Below, piece after piece: positions 25,719 to 35,240 of a stretch of DNA of 64,000 bases. The stretch covers positions 12,681-76,680 of the forward strand of contig JAEXYA010000017.1 of NCBI GenBank assembly GCA_023451825.1, read 5' to 3'. The notes under the pieces were generated by a model. It made no database searches and was not told where the DNA came from. It was given only the letters and a program-made list of their open reading frames with translations. The stretch's first letter is position 1, and the number at the start of each line of letters is the position of its first letter. The position numbers were made by a program, and so were the translations under genes. This DNA comes from Pseudomonadota bacterium (lineage in GTDB: Bacteria > Pseudomonadota > Alphaproteobacteria > Rhizobiales > Xanthobacteraceae).

Positions 25719-27386
25719 ATGGGGTTGCGAGAGAGTTTGAGTAACTTGGGTGGGTTTTACGTGCCGCTTGGTTTCGCACGCAAAGTAACGTGGCGTCCGT
25801 CGCGCGCCGGCTTGAATGCCGGTTTGGCCTCACTGGTGCTGATGGCCAGCGCGAGTTCGGTTCACAATGCGACGGCGAATAGCGAAACCCGCACGCTCTC
25901 ATTTTACCACACCCATTCCCGCGAAAGCGTCACCGTCACGTTCAAGCGCAACGGGCGTTATGACGAAGACGGGTTGAAGAAGCTCAATCACTTCCTGCGC
26001 GACTGGCGCAATCAAGACTCCACCACGATGGACCGACGCCTGTTCGATATCGTCTGGGAAGTCTATCGCGACGTCGACGCCACCCAGCCCATCCAGATCA
26101 TTTCCGCCTATCGCTCGCCGGCCACCAACGCCATGCTGCGCCGCCGCTCATCCGGCGTGGCGCGCCATAGCCAGCATATGCTCGGCCACGCGATGGACTT
26201 CTTCATTCCCGGCGTGCAGCTGGAGAAGATCCGCATCGCCGGCCTGCGCCTGCAGCGCGGCGGCGTCGGCTTCTATCCGACCTCCGGCTCGCCTTTCGTG
26301 CATCTCGACACCGGCAGCGTGCGCCACTGGCCGCGCATGACCTACGCGCAGCTCGAGCGCGTCTTCCCGAATGGCCGTACCGTGCATCTGCCGTCCAGCG
26401 GCGGCACCATGCCGGGCTATCAGCTCGCCGCTGCCGACATCCAGAAGCGCGGTTCGGGCGACAGCGTGAGCCTTGCCAGCAGCAAGCCGGGCAACCTGCT
26501 CGCCTCGCTGTTCGGCCGGAAATCGTCGTCTGACGATGAAGATGAATCCGCTGTACCGGCGATTACGCCAAGCAAGCCGACGCCGGCCAACACCGTGGTC
26601 GCAGCGGCTGCGCCATCGGCCGATCCGGTGCCGATGCCGCGTGCCAAGCCGGCTGCTGCCAATGTGGTGCTGGCTTCGGCCGATACCGAAGCCGTGCCAA
26701 TCCCGCGTCCGAAACAGCCGATTCCGGCTGCGGCGGTGCCCAGGAACGATGGTCGCCCGCAAAACCCGGCCGACATCATCAACGCGCGCGGCTTCTGGGA
26801 TGATATCCCCGAGCCAAAGCAGGCGACGCCGCAACAGGTCGCAGCCCTCACCGCCCGTCAGGCGCTTGAGCGCATCGCCGAGCAGGAGCAAGGCAGCCAG
26901 GAATCGGGCGTGAAGGAATCCACCTTCGCCAAGGCGCTCGCTTTTGCGCCACCGCGCACCTCTCCGGTCGATCGCGCGCATGTGGTCACCGCCAGCGCGC
27001 CAATCCCGCGCAGCATCCGCCCGAATGTGCCGAACAAGAATTCGATGGTCGTGAATGAAGTGACCACGGTGATCGGCAAGAGCATCGGCCAGCCCGGCCC
27101 GGTCGCGATCTCGACGCGCCTCACCGCAGCCTACATTCCGGAAAATCACATCTGGACCCGCGCGATGATCGTCGCACCGAGCGTAACGACCGCGATGTCG
27201 GTATCATCGATCGGCGACGGCGACCTCACGGTCCTGCGCGCGCATTTCGCCAAGCCGCAGACGGTCCTTGCAATGAGCTTCTCTGACGATCCGCAGGCGG
27301 GTCTGATGAGCGATCAGTTCACCGGCTCGGCGACGGCGAAGCTGGTGACGACGAATTTTGCGATGCGAACCGCGTCGCTGCGCTGA
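25719..27386 (+). CDS. DUF882 / peptidase M15-type (YcbK/MepK-like) protein with a long C-terminal extension
   Basis: LSFYHTHSRESVTVTF...ISAYRSPATNAML...HSQHMLGHAMDFFIPG...GVGFYPTSGSPFVHLDTG are the Zn-ligand motifs of the family. A Pro/Ala-rich and further region of about 330 aa follows. The start codon is uncertain. Confidence 0.85.
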   Translation: MGLRESLSNLGGFYVPLGFARKVTWRPSRAGLNAGLASLVLMASASSVHNATANSETRTLSFYHTHSRESVTVTFKRNGRYDEDGLKKLNHFLRDWRNQDSTTMDRRLFDIVWEVYRDVDATQPIQIISAYRSPATNAMLRRRSSGVARHSQHMLGHAMDFFIPGVQLEKIRIAGLRLQRGGVGFYPTSGSPFVHLDTGSVRHWPRMTYAQLERVFPNGRTVHLPSSGGTMPGYQLAAADIQKRGSGDSVSLASSKPGNLLASLFGRKSSSDDEDESAVPAITPSKPTPANTVVAAAAPSADPVPMPRAKPAAANVVLASADTEAVPIPRPKQPIPAAAVPRNDGRPQNPADIINARGFWDDIPEPKQATPQQVAALTARQALERIAEQEQGSQESGVKESTFAKALAFAPPRTSPVDRAHVVTASAPIPRSIRPNVPNKNSMVVNEVTTVIGKSIGQPGPVAISTRLTAAYIPENHIWTRAMIVAPSVTTAMSVSSIGDGDLTVLRAHFAKPQTVLAMSFSDDPQAGLMSDQFTGSATAKLVTTNFAMRTASLR

Positions 27387-27544
27387 GACGAGCCGCGTTC
27401 CCCCGCGCCCAGGCAGCGAGGCCTCGAGAATCTCTATCCGCGTGAGCTCATGAGCTCAGCTGATCCGGTGCAACACGAGCGCCAAAATGGGATCACGAGT
27501 TGAGGAATATCGCTTCCAGCTCGTGTCCAGCCTGGCCGACGCCC

Positions 27545-28525
27545 CTATGAAGAGCGCGCCGACACCACATTTGGCCGCCCCAAGCTTCCGGTTTGAAGAC
27601 AGCGGTAGATCGTCCCGATCGCTACTGCGAGCACAACGAGATTTGCAAAGCCAAAAAGAAATGGCGCGATATCGTGGATGACACCGCGATCTCCGAGAAT
27701 GACCAAGCGAATTGGTGCAATGGCTAGCGCCGTTGCGCCGAACGTGAACGCCCAGTAGGACGGCTTAAAAGGCTCCTTGAGTATCCAGGGCAAAAGCCGC
27801 AGCAGAACCAACGCCTGCAGGATACCGTAGCCAATCATCGCATGCGTTACGAGCGGCGATGCTTGCGGCGCCACAGCAATCAGTGCGACTGCTCCAACCA
27901 CCGGCGGAGCCAGCTGAATGCCAAGCGTGGGGCGCAACATCGGTGCGAGCTCAGGAGCGGTGAGAAGCCTGTGCAACAGCACGGACTCGATGGCCAGCCA
28001 TCCAAACAAGCCCATGCCGAAGAACAGCGTGCCGATATCAGCCAAGCCCAAAGCGCCCCCCACAGTGGCCGCAACGAAGCTGCCGGCAACACTCGGCAGA
28101 TAGAGGACGGATGTGGTCTGATCCACATTGCGCCCCCCGAGCCACAATCCGCCCGTTCGCCAGACAGCGAAAATGATCGTGAAGGAGGCACCGGCGACAT
28201 AGAGCAGCAACGCAGTCCTGTGAGAGTAAGGCTCGGCGCCACCGGCGACGAGCATCGTTGCAACGCCCACCAACCCGACAAAGCAACACTGAACCGGATG
28301 CGAGAGTTCGGCTAAAGCAGCATCGCGTGCCACGAACCACTTGGTCGCATAGAGTATCGTCAGGGTTAGCCATACGACGGCTGCTGCGAGCATGATCAGC
28401 TCGCCGATGATCGCCGGCAGTGCCCAGGCGAGATGTGCGAAACGCCACGCGGAGCCAAGTCCGGCTAGTCCCAGCACCATTCCAAACAATGCTGCTGGCA
28501 GGACGACGTTTCTCCCGGACATCAC
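27545..28525 (-). CDS. TehA/TDT (SLAC1-like) family anion/dicarboxylate transporter
   Basis: 326 aa, about 10 TM. N-terminal LPAALFGMVLGLAGLGSAWR is typical of TehA-like proteins. Confidence 0.75.
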   Translation of the reverse strand: MMSGRNVVLPAALFGMVLGLAGLGSAWRFAHLAWALPAIIGELIMLAAAVVWLTLTILYATKWFVARDAALAELSHPVQCCFVGLVGVATMLVAGGAEPYSHRTALLLYVAGASFTIIFAVWRTGGLWLGGRNVDQTTSVLYLPSVAGSFVAATVGGALGLADIGTLFFGMGLFGWLAIESVLLHRLLTAPELAPMLRPTLGIQLAPPVVGAVALIAVAPQASPLVTHAMIGYGILQALVLLRLLPWILKEPFKPSYWAFTFGATALAIAPIRLVILGDRGVIHDIAPFLFGFANLVVLAVAIGTIYRCLQTGSLGRPNVVSARSS

Positions 28526-29289
28526 ACAATTCGCTTGTTCGAGACGGACGATGCGCCACCATTGAGTTTGGCGATCGTCTCGTCCGTGCTCCAGATCGCA
28601 TTGGCCATGAAGCGGAAATTGATCAGGGCAGCGAGATATCCATCACCGTCAGGCAACTTCGGAGCAGCGATTGCATCCCGTACGACAGCGACCTCAAAAC
28701 CCGCCTCCAGAAGATCACGCATATGCGATTCAACGCACATATTGGCCAGCATTCCGGCGAGAACGACCTGTCTAACGCCCTGCTTCCCGAGTTGGAGCTT
28801 CAAATCGGTCGTTTGAGGACCATAGACCTTGTGGGGAGAGCAAATGATCGTCTTGCCGTCCTCAATGAAGGGCTTGAATTCCTCCATAAAGTCCGCGCCG
28901 GAGCAACGGAAGCCGTCCGTCGTATATGGCCCCTTGCGGTCGAAGGCCCCAGTGTCGTGTTGGAATTTCTCAAGCGGAGCCTGCCAATTCCACTCGTGAT
29001 CCCAGCAATAGTAATAATGCGGAGATACCGCGACGACGATCCCGGCGCGCTTCGCAGCGGCGAACAGCCCAACCAGATTCGGAACCAAGTTCGTTTCGGT
29101 CACGCTCTCACCGACCGCAGCCCAAGCACGGCCCACAGGGCTCATCACGTCCACCTGAGGGTCGATCACCACGAGCGCTGCGCGCGATAGTTCAAGCACC
29201 ATCTCGACCTTTGGCAAAGCCGGCGTGAGCGAGTCAGCATAGAGTTCGGCGGAACGCGCTGAGAATTTCGAATTCATGATTGGCTCCAC
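28522..29289 (-). CDS. Isochorismatase-family (cysteine) hydrolase
   Basis: 255 aa with ALVVIDPQVD and GMLANMCVESH (catalytic Cys context). Its stop overlaps the TehA-like start (ATGA). Confidence 0.8.
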   Translation of the reverse strand: MEPIMNSKFSARSAELYADSLTPALPKVEMVLELSRAALVVIDPQVDVMSPVGRAWAAVGESVTETNLVPNLVGLFAAAKRAGIVVAVSPHYYYCWDHEWNWQAPLEKFQHDTGAFDRKGPYTTDGFRCSGADFMEEFKPFIEDGKTIICSPHKVYGPQTTDLKLQLGKQGVRQVVLAGMLANMCVESHMRDLLEAGFEVAVVRDAIAAPKLPDGDGYLAALINFRFMANAIWSTDETIAKLNGGASSVSNKRIV

Positions 29290-29412
29290 ATTCGTTAGCT
29301 AAAGATTCACGGGCAGCCCCCCGGGGCGCATGGCACCGATTGAGCGCGACGGTTCGGCCACCGCTCGGCCACGCCATCAGCCGCTGCGCGCATCCAGACA
29401 GGAGGACAGCAT

Positions 29413-30183
29413 CTAACGCTCGGCTTGAGCTGCCTGCTTGATGACCTTCGCGACCATCCGCGGCTGCGAAATAAGCACGGCGTGACTGGCCTTGATCTCG
29501 GTCACTTTGGCCTTTGCGCGTGCATACATCGTGCGCTCAAGATCTGGATTGATCATCCGGTCGTTCGTGGCAACGATTCCAAATGATGGCTTGGTCTTCC
29601 AAGCCGCCGTCGTAACCGGCGTGGTGAAGGCCTTGGCATTCGTCGGCATCTGAGAAATAGCCATGAACCGCGCATCGGCCGCCGGAACATCAGCTGCGAA
29701 ATCGGCATGGAAGCTGTTTGGGTCGATCAACAGATAGCCATCGGCTGTTGGCGATGTGCTGTTCGCCAACGGCGGCTTGGTGCTGCGCAACGCTCTGACA
29801 TGCTCGCCCTCCTCCGGGGCGTAAGCGGCGACGTAGACCAAGCTGGCAACATTCGGATGCTTTCCCGCTTCCGTGACAATCACGCCGCCGTAACTATGCC
29901 CGACCAGCACGGTTGGCCCGCTCTGACGATCGAGAATCCTTGTCGTCGCAACGACGTCATCCTCAAGCGAGGTCATTGGCTGCTGCACCACACTGACCTT
30001 GAAGCCGTCCTTCTGCAGTATATCCGCGACGGCCCGCCATCCGGACCCATCGACAAATGCGCCGTGGACCAGGACGACATTCTGCACAGACGTCTTCCGC
30101 GACTGCGCGTTTGCGCTGGCAATGAACATCGCAGAAACAAGCAGTGCAACGACCAGCGTTCGTCCGCTCATGGAAGCCTCCAC
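29413..30183 (-). CDS. Secreted alpha/beta hydrolase
   Basis: Signal peptide ...ASANAQS. HG box VVLVHGAF. Nucleophile elbow GHSYGG. Confidence 0.8.
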   Translation of the reverse strand: MEASMSGRTLVVALLVSAMFIASANAQSRKTSVQNVVLVHGAFVDGSGWRAVADILQKDGFKVSVVQQPMTSLEDDVVATTRILDRQSGPTVLVGHSYGGVIVTEAGKHPNVASLVYVAAYAPEEGEHVRALRSTKPPLANSTSPTADGYLLIDPNSFHADFAADVPAADARFMAISQMPTNAKAFTTPVTTAAWKTKPSFGIVATNDRMINPDLERTMYARAKAKVTEIKASHAVLISQPRMVAKVIKQAAQAER

Positions 30184-30481
30184 TCTGGCTTGGTGACCCG
30201 ACTGTCACATTCAAGACCAATGAAAAGTAGCGGAGCGCGTGCCGCTGCCGGAGTTAAGACTTGTTAAAACAGAGTTGAACGTCGACGCCATCGGGCCCTC
30301 CTGCGCCTGCGTCCCTCATTTTACATCGTTTAACGTTCGTCATGCGCGGCTTGACAGTAACGTCAGTGAGAAGACCGCACAGCCTCTCGGGTCATGAGAC
30401 TTTCAACACTGCACCACGCAGTGGGTCTGTTTTTAATTTGCCGTCGTTTGTGCGGATCGCATTGGCGCAGCCGGCGCCCGG

Positions 30482-30946
30482 TTGAGAATGAGGGAGACCA
30501 TGCCGCGATCTTCGATGACACTCTCGCTTTCGGACGCCAAACAAATGCTCGAGGCTGGCGAAGCCAAGGCCGCGCATTTCGGCGTGGCCTACAACATCGC
30601 CGTGGTCGATGCCGGCGGCGCGCTGGTGGCCTTCTCCCGGCAGGACGGAGCCTTGATCGGCAGCATTGAACTCGCCATCGGCAAGGCGACGACAGCTCGC
30701 ATCTTCGACAAGAGCACCTCGGACCTTGCGGAAATGGCGCAGCCCGGTGCGCCGCTTTACGGCATCCAGCAAACCAATCACGGCAACGTGGTGATCTTCG
30801 GTGGCGGTCTGCCAATCACGATCGGCTCCGTCATTGTCGGCGCCGTTGGTGCCAGCGCAGGAACCGTCGATCAGGATATTGCCGTTGCGGAAGCAGCCGC
30901 TGCGGCGCTCAGCGAAGCCCGACAAACAGGAAAGGTACGGACATGA
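30482..30946 (+). CDS. GlcG/HbpS-like (DUF336) heme-binding family protein
   Basis: ...LSLSDAKQMLEAGEAKAAHFGVAYNIAVVDAGGALVAFSRQDGALIGSIELAIGKATTA...GGGLPI...GAVGASAG. The start could be one of several Met near the N-terminus. Confidence 0.8.
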   Translation: MRMRETMPRSSMTLSLSDAKQMLEAGEAKAAHFGVAYNIAVVDAGGALVAFSRQDGALIGSIELAIGKATTARIFDKSTSDLAEMAQPGAPLYGIQQTNHGNVVIFGGGLPITIGSVIVGAVGASAGTVDQDIAVAEAAAAALSEARQTGKVRT

Positions 30947-31998
30947 AAGCCGCTCGCATCCTTCAATATAAGAAACCGCTCGTCCTTGAGGACATCCCGA
31001 CGCCCGACATCCAGCCGGATGAAGTCCTCGTCAAAGTGGCGGCATGCGGAATGTGCCGCTCCGATGTCTTGCTCGTCGATGGATTTTTCCAAGGTTATGC
31101 CGACATCCCACCGCCGGTCATCCCCGGCCACGAGATCACAGGTACTCTACAGAAGATCGGCAGCGTCGTGCCCAAGGCGGCCGGATTGCAGGAGGGTGAC
31201 CACGTGGTGGTTTCACCAGGCTGGGGCGATGGCGTGTGCCGCCATTGCCAGGTCGGCAATACGCATATCTGCCCGAATGTGCGCTGGCCGGGCTTCGGCA
31301 CTTACGGCGGCTTCGGCGAATATATCCCCGTCCCTGCACGCTATGTCATTAAGGTGCCGAAGCACCTGAAATTTGAGCAGCTCGCTCCGCTGACCGACGC
31401 CGGACTGACACCCTATCGCGGACTCAAGAAGATCCGTGACGCTGGCGGCCTCGGCCCCGATCGGGTCATCGGCGTCTTCGGCGTCGGCGGCCTCGGCGCC
31501 TATGCCGTGCAATATGCCAAGCTGCTCGGTGCCGGCGCTCCCGTCGTCGCATTCGCACGCAATCCGGAAAAGCTTGCGATCGCAAAGAAATATGGCGCGG
31601 ATCACGTCATCGATATCAAGAACAAGTCGGCCGCCGATATCGGCAAGGAATTGAAGACCGCCACAGGACAGAACAAGCTCGACGCGATCATCGACTGCGT
31701 CGGCGCGCCGGAAATGATGCAGATCGGATTTTCTCTGCTTGCAATCAGCGGTCACTATGCCGATGTCGGCTTCGTCGGCGATCGGATCGATGTACCCCTC
31801 TTCCCGCGCGTTTCGGGCGAGCAGACCTTCCACGGATCGTTCTGGGGCAATAATGCAGACCTCAGCGAGGTCCTTGCACTCGCCGCGGAAGGCAAGATTC
31901 AGCACACGATCACGACCATCCGCTTCGACCAGATCAACGAGTATCTCGATCTGCAGCGCGACAACAAGGTGGTGGGACGCGCCGTGCTGACATTCTGA
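30943..31998 (+). CDS. Zn-dependent alcohol dehydrogenase (MDR family)
   Basis: CGMCRSD, GHEITG, a structural-Zn Cys cluster (CRHCQVGNTHIC) and a Rossmann motif GVFGVGGLG. ATGA overlap with the GlcG-like gene. Confidence 0.9.
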   Translation: MKAARILQYKKPLVLEDIPTPDIQPDEVLVKVAACGMCRSDVLLVDGFFQGYADIPPPVIPGHEITGTLQKIGSVVPKAAGLQEGDHVVVSPGWGDGVCRHCQVGNTHICPNVRWPGFGTYGGFGEYIPVPARYVIKVPKHLKFEQLAPLTDAGLTPYRGLKKIRDAGGLGPDRVIGVFGVGGLGAYAVQYAKLLGAGAPVVAFARNPEKLAIAKKYGADHVIDIKNKSAADIGKELKTATGQNKLDAIIDCVGAPEMMQIGFSLLAISGHYADVGFVGDRIDVPLFPRVSGEQTFHGSFWGNNADLSEVLALAAEGKIQHTITTIRFDQINEYLDLQRDNKVVGRAVLTF

Positions 31999-32057
31999 CA
32001 GCATCGGGACGCTCCGCTGACCGTGAGGTTCGACATCATCATTCAAAGGAGACTATC

Positions 32058-32741
32058 GTGACGCAACATGTCCTGTTCATCGTGACCAACGCCGCCGTAA
32101 TCGGTCCGCACAGCCGCAAGACCGGCTTCTTTTTCGCCGAAGTTGCCCACCCATTCGATGTCCTCGACAACGCCGGGATTGCCATCGAGTTCGCTTCACC
32201 CGCGGGTGGATGGACGCCCCATGACGCATATGACGAGAAAGATCCTGCCCAGAAGGCATTTCTGGAGAGCAAGGCTTTCCGCCGGCTGAACCACAGCCGC
32301 AAACTGTCCGAAGTGGACGCCGCCGACTATGACGCCATTCTGGTGCCAGGCGGACTTGGGCCTATGGTCGATATCGCGCGCAATGCGGATGTCCAAAGGG
32401 CCATCGTACGGGCCTGGAGCACCGGCAAGCTTGTCACCGCCGTCTGCCATGGGCCATGCTCACTGCTCGGCGTTGATCTCGGCGATGGCGTGCCGTTCGT
32501 GCGCGGCAAGAAGCTCACCGCCTTCTCCAAGAAGGAAGAGTTCGACTACGCACGCGATGACGTGGCTTACGAACTCGAGGACGCACTCAGAGCTGAGGGA
32601 GCTGACTATTCCTCCACCGACAACTGGCAGCCGAAAGTCGTGGTCGATGGCCGCCTCATCACCGGCCAGAACCCCGCCTCGGCGGGACCACTGGCGAAAG
32701 AGCTGCTCGCTGCTCTCAAGCGGACTGCGTCGCCAGCTTGA
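32058..32741 (+). CDS. DJ-1/PfpI (type 1 glutamine amidotransferase-like) protein
   Basis: GTG start after aggag. YDAILVPGG and the nucleophile elbow AVCHGP. Confidence 0.85.
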   Translation: MTQHVLFIVTNAAVIGPHSRKTGFFFAEVAHPFDVLDNAGIAIEFASPAGGWTPHDAYDEKDPAQKAFLESKAFRRLNHSRKLSEVDAADYDAILVPGGLGPMVDIARNADVQRAIVRAWSTGKLVTAVCHGPCSLLGVDLGDGVPFVRGKKLTAFSKKEEFDYARDDVAYELEDALRAEGADYSSTDNWQPKVVVDGRLITGQNPASAGPLAKELLAALKRTASPA

Positions 32742-32841
32742 ATCGAGCAAACATCGGTGACGACGGCGCCGGACGCGCCGTCATTGCTTTGGATCGACTA
32801 AACATCGCCAACCATATGCCCTTTGCAGCGGGAGACCTTGT

Positions 32842-33141
32842 ATGACGACTTCACCGTCAAAGATCACGGCTACCCTGACCGCTCGCCCAGGCAAGGCCGA
32901 AGCTTTGCGAGCACTGCTTATAGATATGGCACCACATTGCCGGGCCGAACCCGGCAATCTTCGATGGGATATCTGGAGCGATCCGGCCACCGAAGGGCGT
33001 TACGTGCTCGATGAGCTCTACCGCGACGCCAACGCTGTGGAAGCACATCGCAACTCACCACACTACCAGAATTATCTGACCGCAGTCCCCGCGCTGGCCG
33101 ATCGCACCGCGCTGGTGCTCGAACCGCTGGATATCGCTTAG
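32842..33141 (+). CDS. Antibiotic biosynthesis monooxygenase (ABM) domain protein
   Basis: 99 aa with a ferredoxin-like ABM pattern (...EPGNLRWDIWSD...YVLDELYRDANAVEAHRNSPHY). Confidence 0.75.
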   Translation: MTTSPSKITATLTARPGKAEALRALLIDMAPHCRAEPGNLRWDIWSDPATEGRYVLDELYRDANAVEAHRNSPHYQNYLTAVPALADRTALVLEPLDIA

Positions 33142-33184
33142 CGAAGCCGCTTCATGCCAGCCCACCGCCCCGCCGCGCGATCCT

Positions 33185-34579
33185 TTGAAAGAGACGATGA
33201 TGATTCATGTTGTGCAGGCCTTCGACCGCACGCCGATTGCGGAGATACCGACCGACGACGCGGCGGCACTCGAAACAAAGCTGACCACGGCGTATGCTCT
33301 TTTCCAGACTCGTTCCGCTTGGCTGCAACCGCACGATCGGATAGCGGTTCTTCACAGGCTCGCTGACCTGGTCGCCGCAGAGCGCGAGAGCTTCGCGACC
33401 CTGATCGCACGCGAAGGCGGAAAGCCATATATCGATGCATTGGTCGAAACAGACCGTGCGATCGACGGCATCAGAAATGCGGCGGACCTTCTGCGCACAC
33501 GGGGCGGCACAGAAATTCCCATGGGCCTGACCAGGGCCAGCGAGAACCGGCGTGCCTGGACCATCAAGGAGCCCATCGGGGTCGTGGCGGCCATATCGGC
33601 CTTCAATCACCCGCTCAACCTGGTTGTCCATCAGATCGCGCCGGCGATTGCGACCGGCTGCCCGATCATCGTCAAGCCGGCGATGGCCACGCCGCTCTGC
33701 TGTCTCAGGCTTGTCGCGCTTGTCCAGCAGGCAGGTTGTCCGCCGGATTGGGTCCAGACCCTCATCCCTGAGAATCGCGCGCTGTCGGAGGCGCTCGCAA
33801 CCGATCCCCGGATCGCCTTTCTGAGCTTCATCGGATCGGCTGCCGTCGGCTGGCGATTGCGGTCCTTGCTGGCGCCCGGGACAAGATGCGCCCTCGAACA
33901 TGGCGGCGTTGCACCCGTGATCATTGATGGCGGCACCGACCTTGATGCGATCGTCACACCCCTCGCCAAGGGCGGCTACTACCACGCCGGCCAAGTCTGC
34001 GTGTCCGTGCAGAGGATCTTTGTGCAGACGGCCATGAAGCAGGCGTTCATCGACCGCTTTGCCGCGCGGGTCCAGGAATTGCGCGTCGGAGATCCGGTTC
34101 TTGCCGATACCGAGGTTGGTCCGCTGATTACGCCGGACGAAGCGGACCGGGTCGAAGCGTGGATCAGCGAAGCCATCCAGGCCGGGGCGCAACTGATCGG
34201 CGGCGAGCGCCTGAGCCAAACGACCCTCCGGCCTGCGATCATCGTCGAACCGCCGAGCACGGCAAAGGTCTCGGCGCACGAGATATTCGGACCGGTGACC
34301 TGCGTCTACGGTTATGACGACATCGACGACGCCATCGCGGCGGCAAACGCGCTGCCTGTCGCCTTTCAAGCCAGCATTTTCACCCGCGACCTCGACATCG
34401 CTTTCCGGACAGCCGAACGGCTCGATGCATCCGCCGTGATGGTGAACGATCACACCGCGTTCCGCACCGACTGGATGCCGTTTGCTGGTCGTCGCACATC
34501 CGGTTACGGCATCGGCGGCATTCCATATACGGCCGCCGAGATGACTGCAGAAAAGATGATCGTCTTCAAGCACGGTTGA
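33185..34579 (+). CDS. NAD(P)-dependent aldehyde dehydrogenase
   Basis: 464 aa. AFNHPLN, LEHGG (the ELGG equivalent) and a catalytic Cys context HAGQVCVSVQR. Confidence 0.9.
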   Translation: MKETMMIHVVQAFDRTPIAEIPTDDAAALETKLTTAYALFQTRSAWLQPHDRIAVLHRLADLVAAERESFATLIAREGGKPYIDALVETDRAIDGIRNAADLLRTRGGTEIPMGLTRASENRRAWTIKEPIGVVAAISAFNHPLNLVVHQIAPAIATGCPIIVKPAMATPLCCLRLVALVQQAGCPPDWVQTLIPENRALSEALATDPRIAFLSFIGSAAVGWRLRSLLAPGTRCALEHGGVAPVIIDGGTDLDAIVTPLAKGGYYHAGQVCVSVQRIFVQTAMKQAFIDRFAARVQELRVGDPVLADTEVGPLITPDEADRVEAWISEAIQAGAQLIGGERLSQTTLRPAIIVEPPSTAKVSAHEIFGPVTCVYGYDDIDDAIAAANALPVAFQASIFTRDLDIAFRTAERLDASAVMVNDHTAFRTDWMPFAGRRTSGYGIGGIPYTAAEMTAEKMIVFKHG

Positions 34580-34602
34580 GACCGCTCACCGCGGACCTAT
34601 CG

Positions 34603-35232
34603 TCAGTTCGGACAGGGCTGTCCGGCTGCTCCCCACATCGCCATATCCTTGACGTGCTGTTCGAACGACCCCGGAGGCGTCGAGCGTCCTGCGCCGGGTT
34701 GCCACGCCCGTGGGATAAACCCACTCAACGATTCGTCGTGCCGCAAATGCTCGAGCAGCGCAACGGCATCGCGGCCGCCATTGCGCGCAGGGTTCTTCAA
34801 CTGCGCACAGATTTCAGCCCCGCTCTTGCCGTACCAGATGAAATCGACCGGAGCCAATTGCCAGTCGATCCCCGCACGCAGCGGCGCTGGCGCAGGATCG
34901 TTCGGCTGCGTCGAGGTCATATGGCAGGTCGAGCAGCGCAGCGTCTCGGCTCCGATCCGGCTCATTCCGGCATGGATGTACATGCCGTGATTTCGATCCT
35001 TTCCCTCTCCCGTCGGCGTCCAGATCGGTATCGCTTTCGCGTCGACATGACAGTTGGCGCATCGCGGATGCGTCACCACGGCTTCAATTCTCTTCCAGGC
35101 CTTCAATCCCTCGGATCGATTGACGCTTCCCGGCGGCAAAGCATCTTTGGCCGGCACTTTTGCCGCGACAATTCCGGTGATTGTCGCGACTGACGAAACA
35201 ACGACGGCAAGCGCCACGACGGTTCGCTTCAT
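34603..35232 (-). CDS. Secreted diheme c-type protein (two CXXCH), probable redox partner of the adjacent molybdoenzyme
   Basis: MKRTVVALAVVVSSVATITGIVAA signal peptide, with CANCH and CSTCH motifs. ATG at complement 35230-35232. The track ORF starts at a GTG at 35244. Confidence 0.7.
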   Translation of the reverse strand: MKRTVVALAVVVSSVATITGIVAAKVPAKDALPPGSVNRSEGLKAWKRIEAVVTHPRCANCHVDAKAIPIWTPTGEGKDRNHGMYIHAGMSRIGAETLRCSTCHMTSTQPNDPAPAPLRAGIDWQLAPVDFIWYGKSGAEICAQLKNPARNGGRDAVALLEHLRHDESLSGFIPRAWQPGAGRSTPPGSFEQHVKDMAMWGAAGQPCPN

Positions 35233-35240
35233 GACCACCC

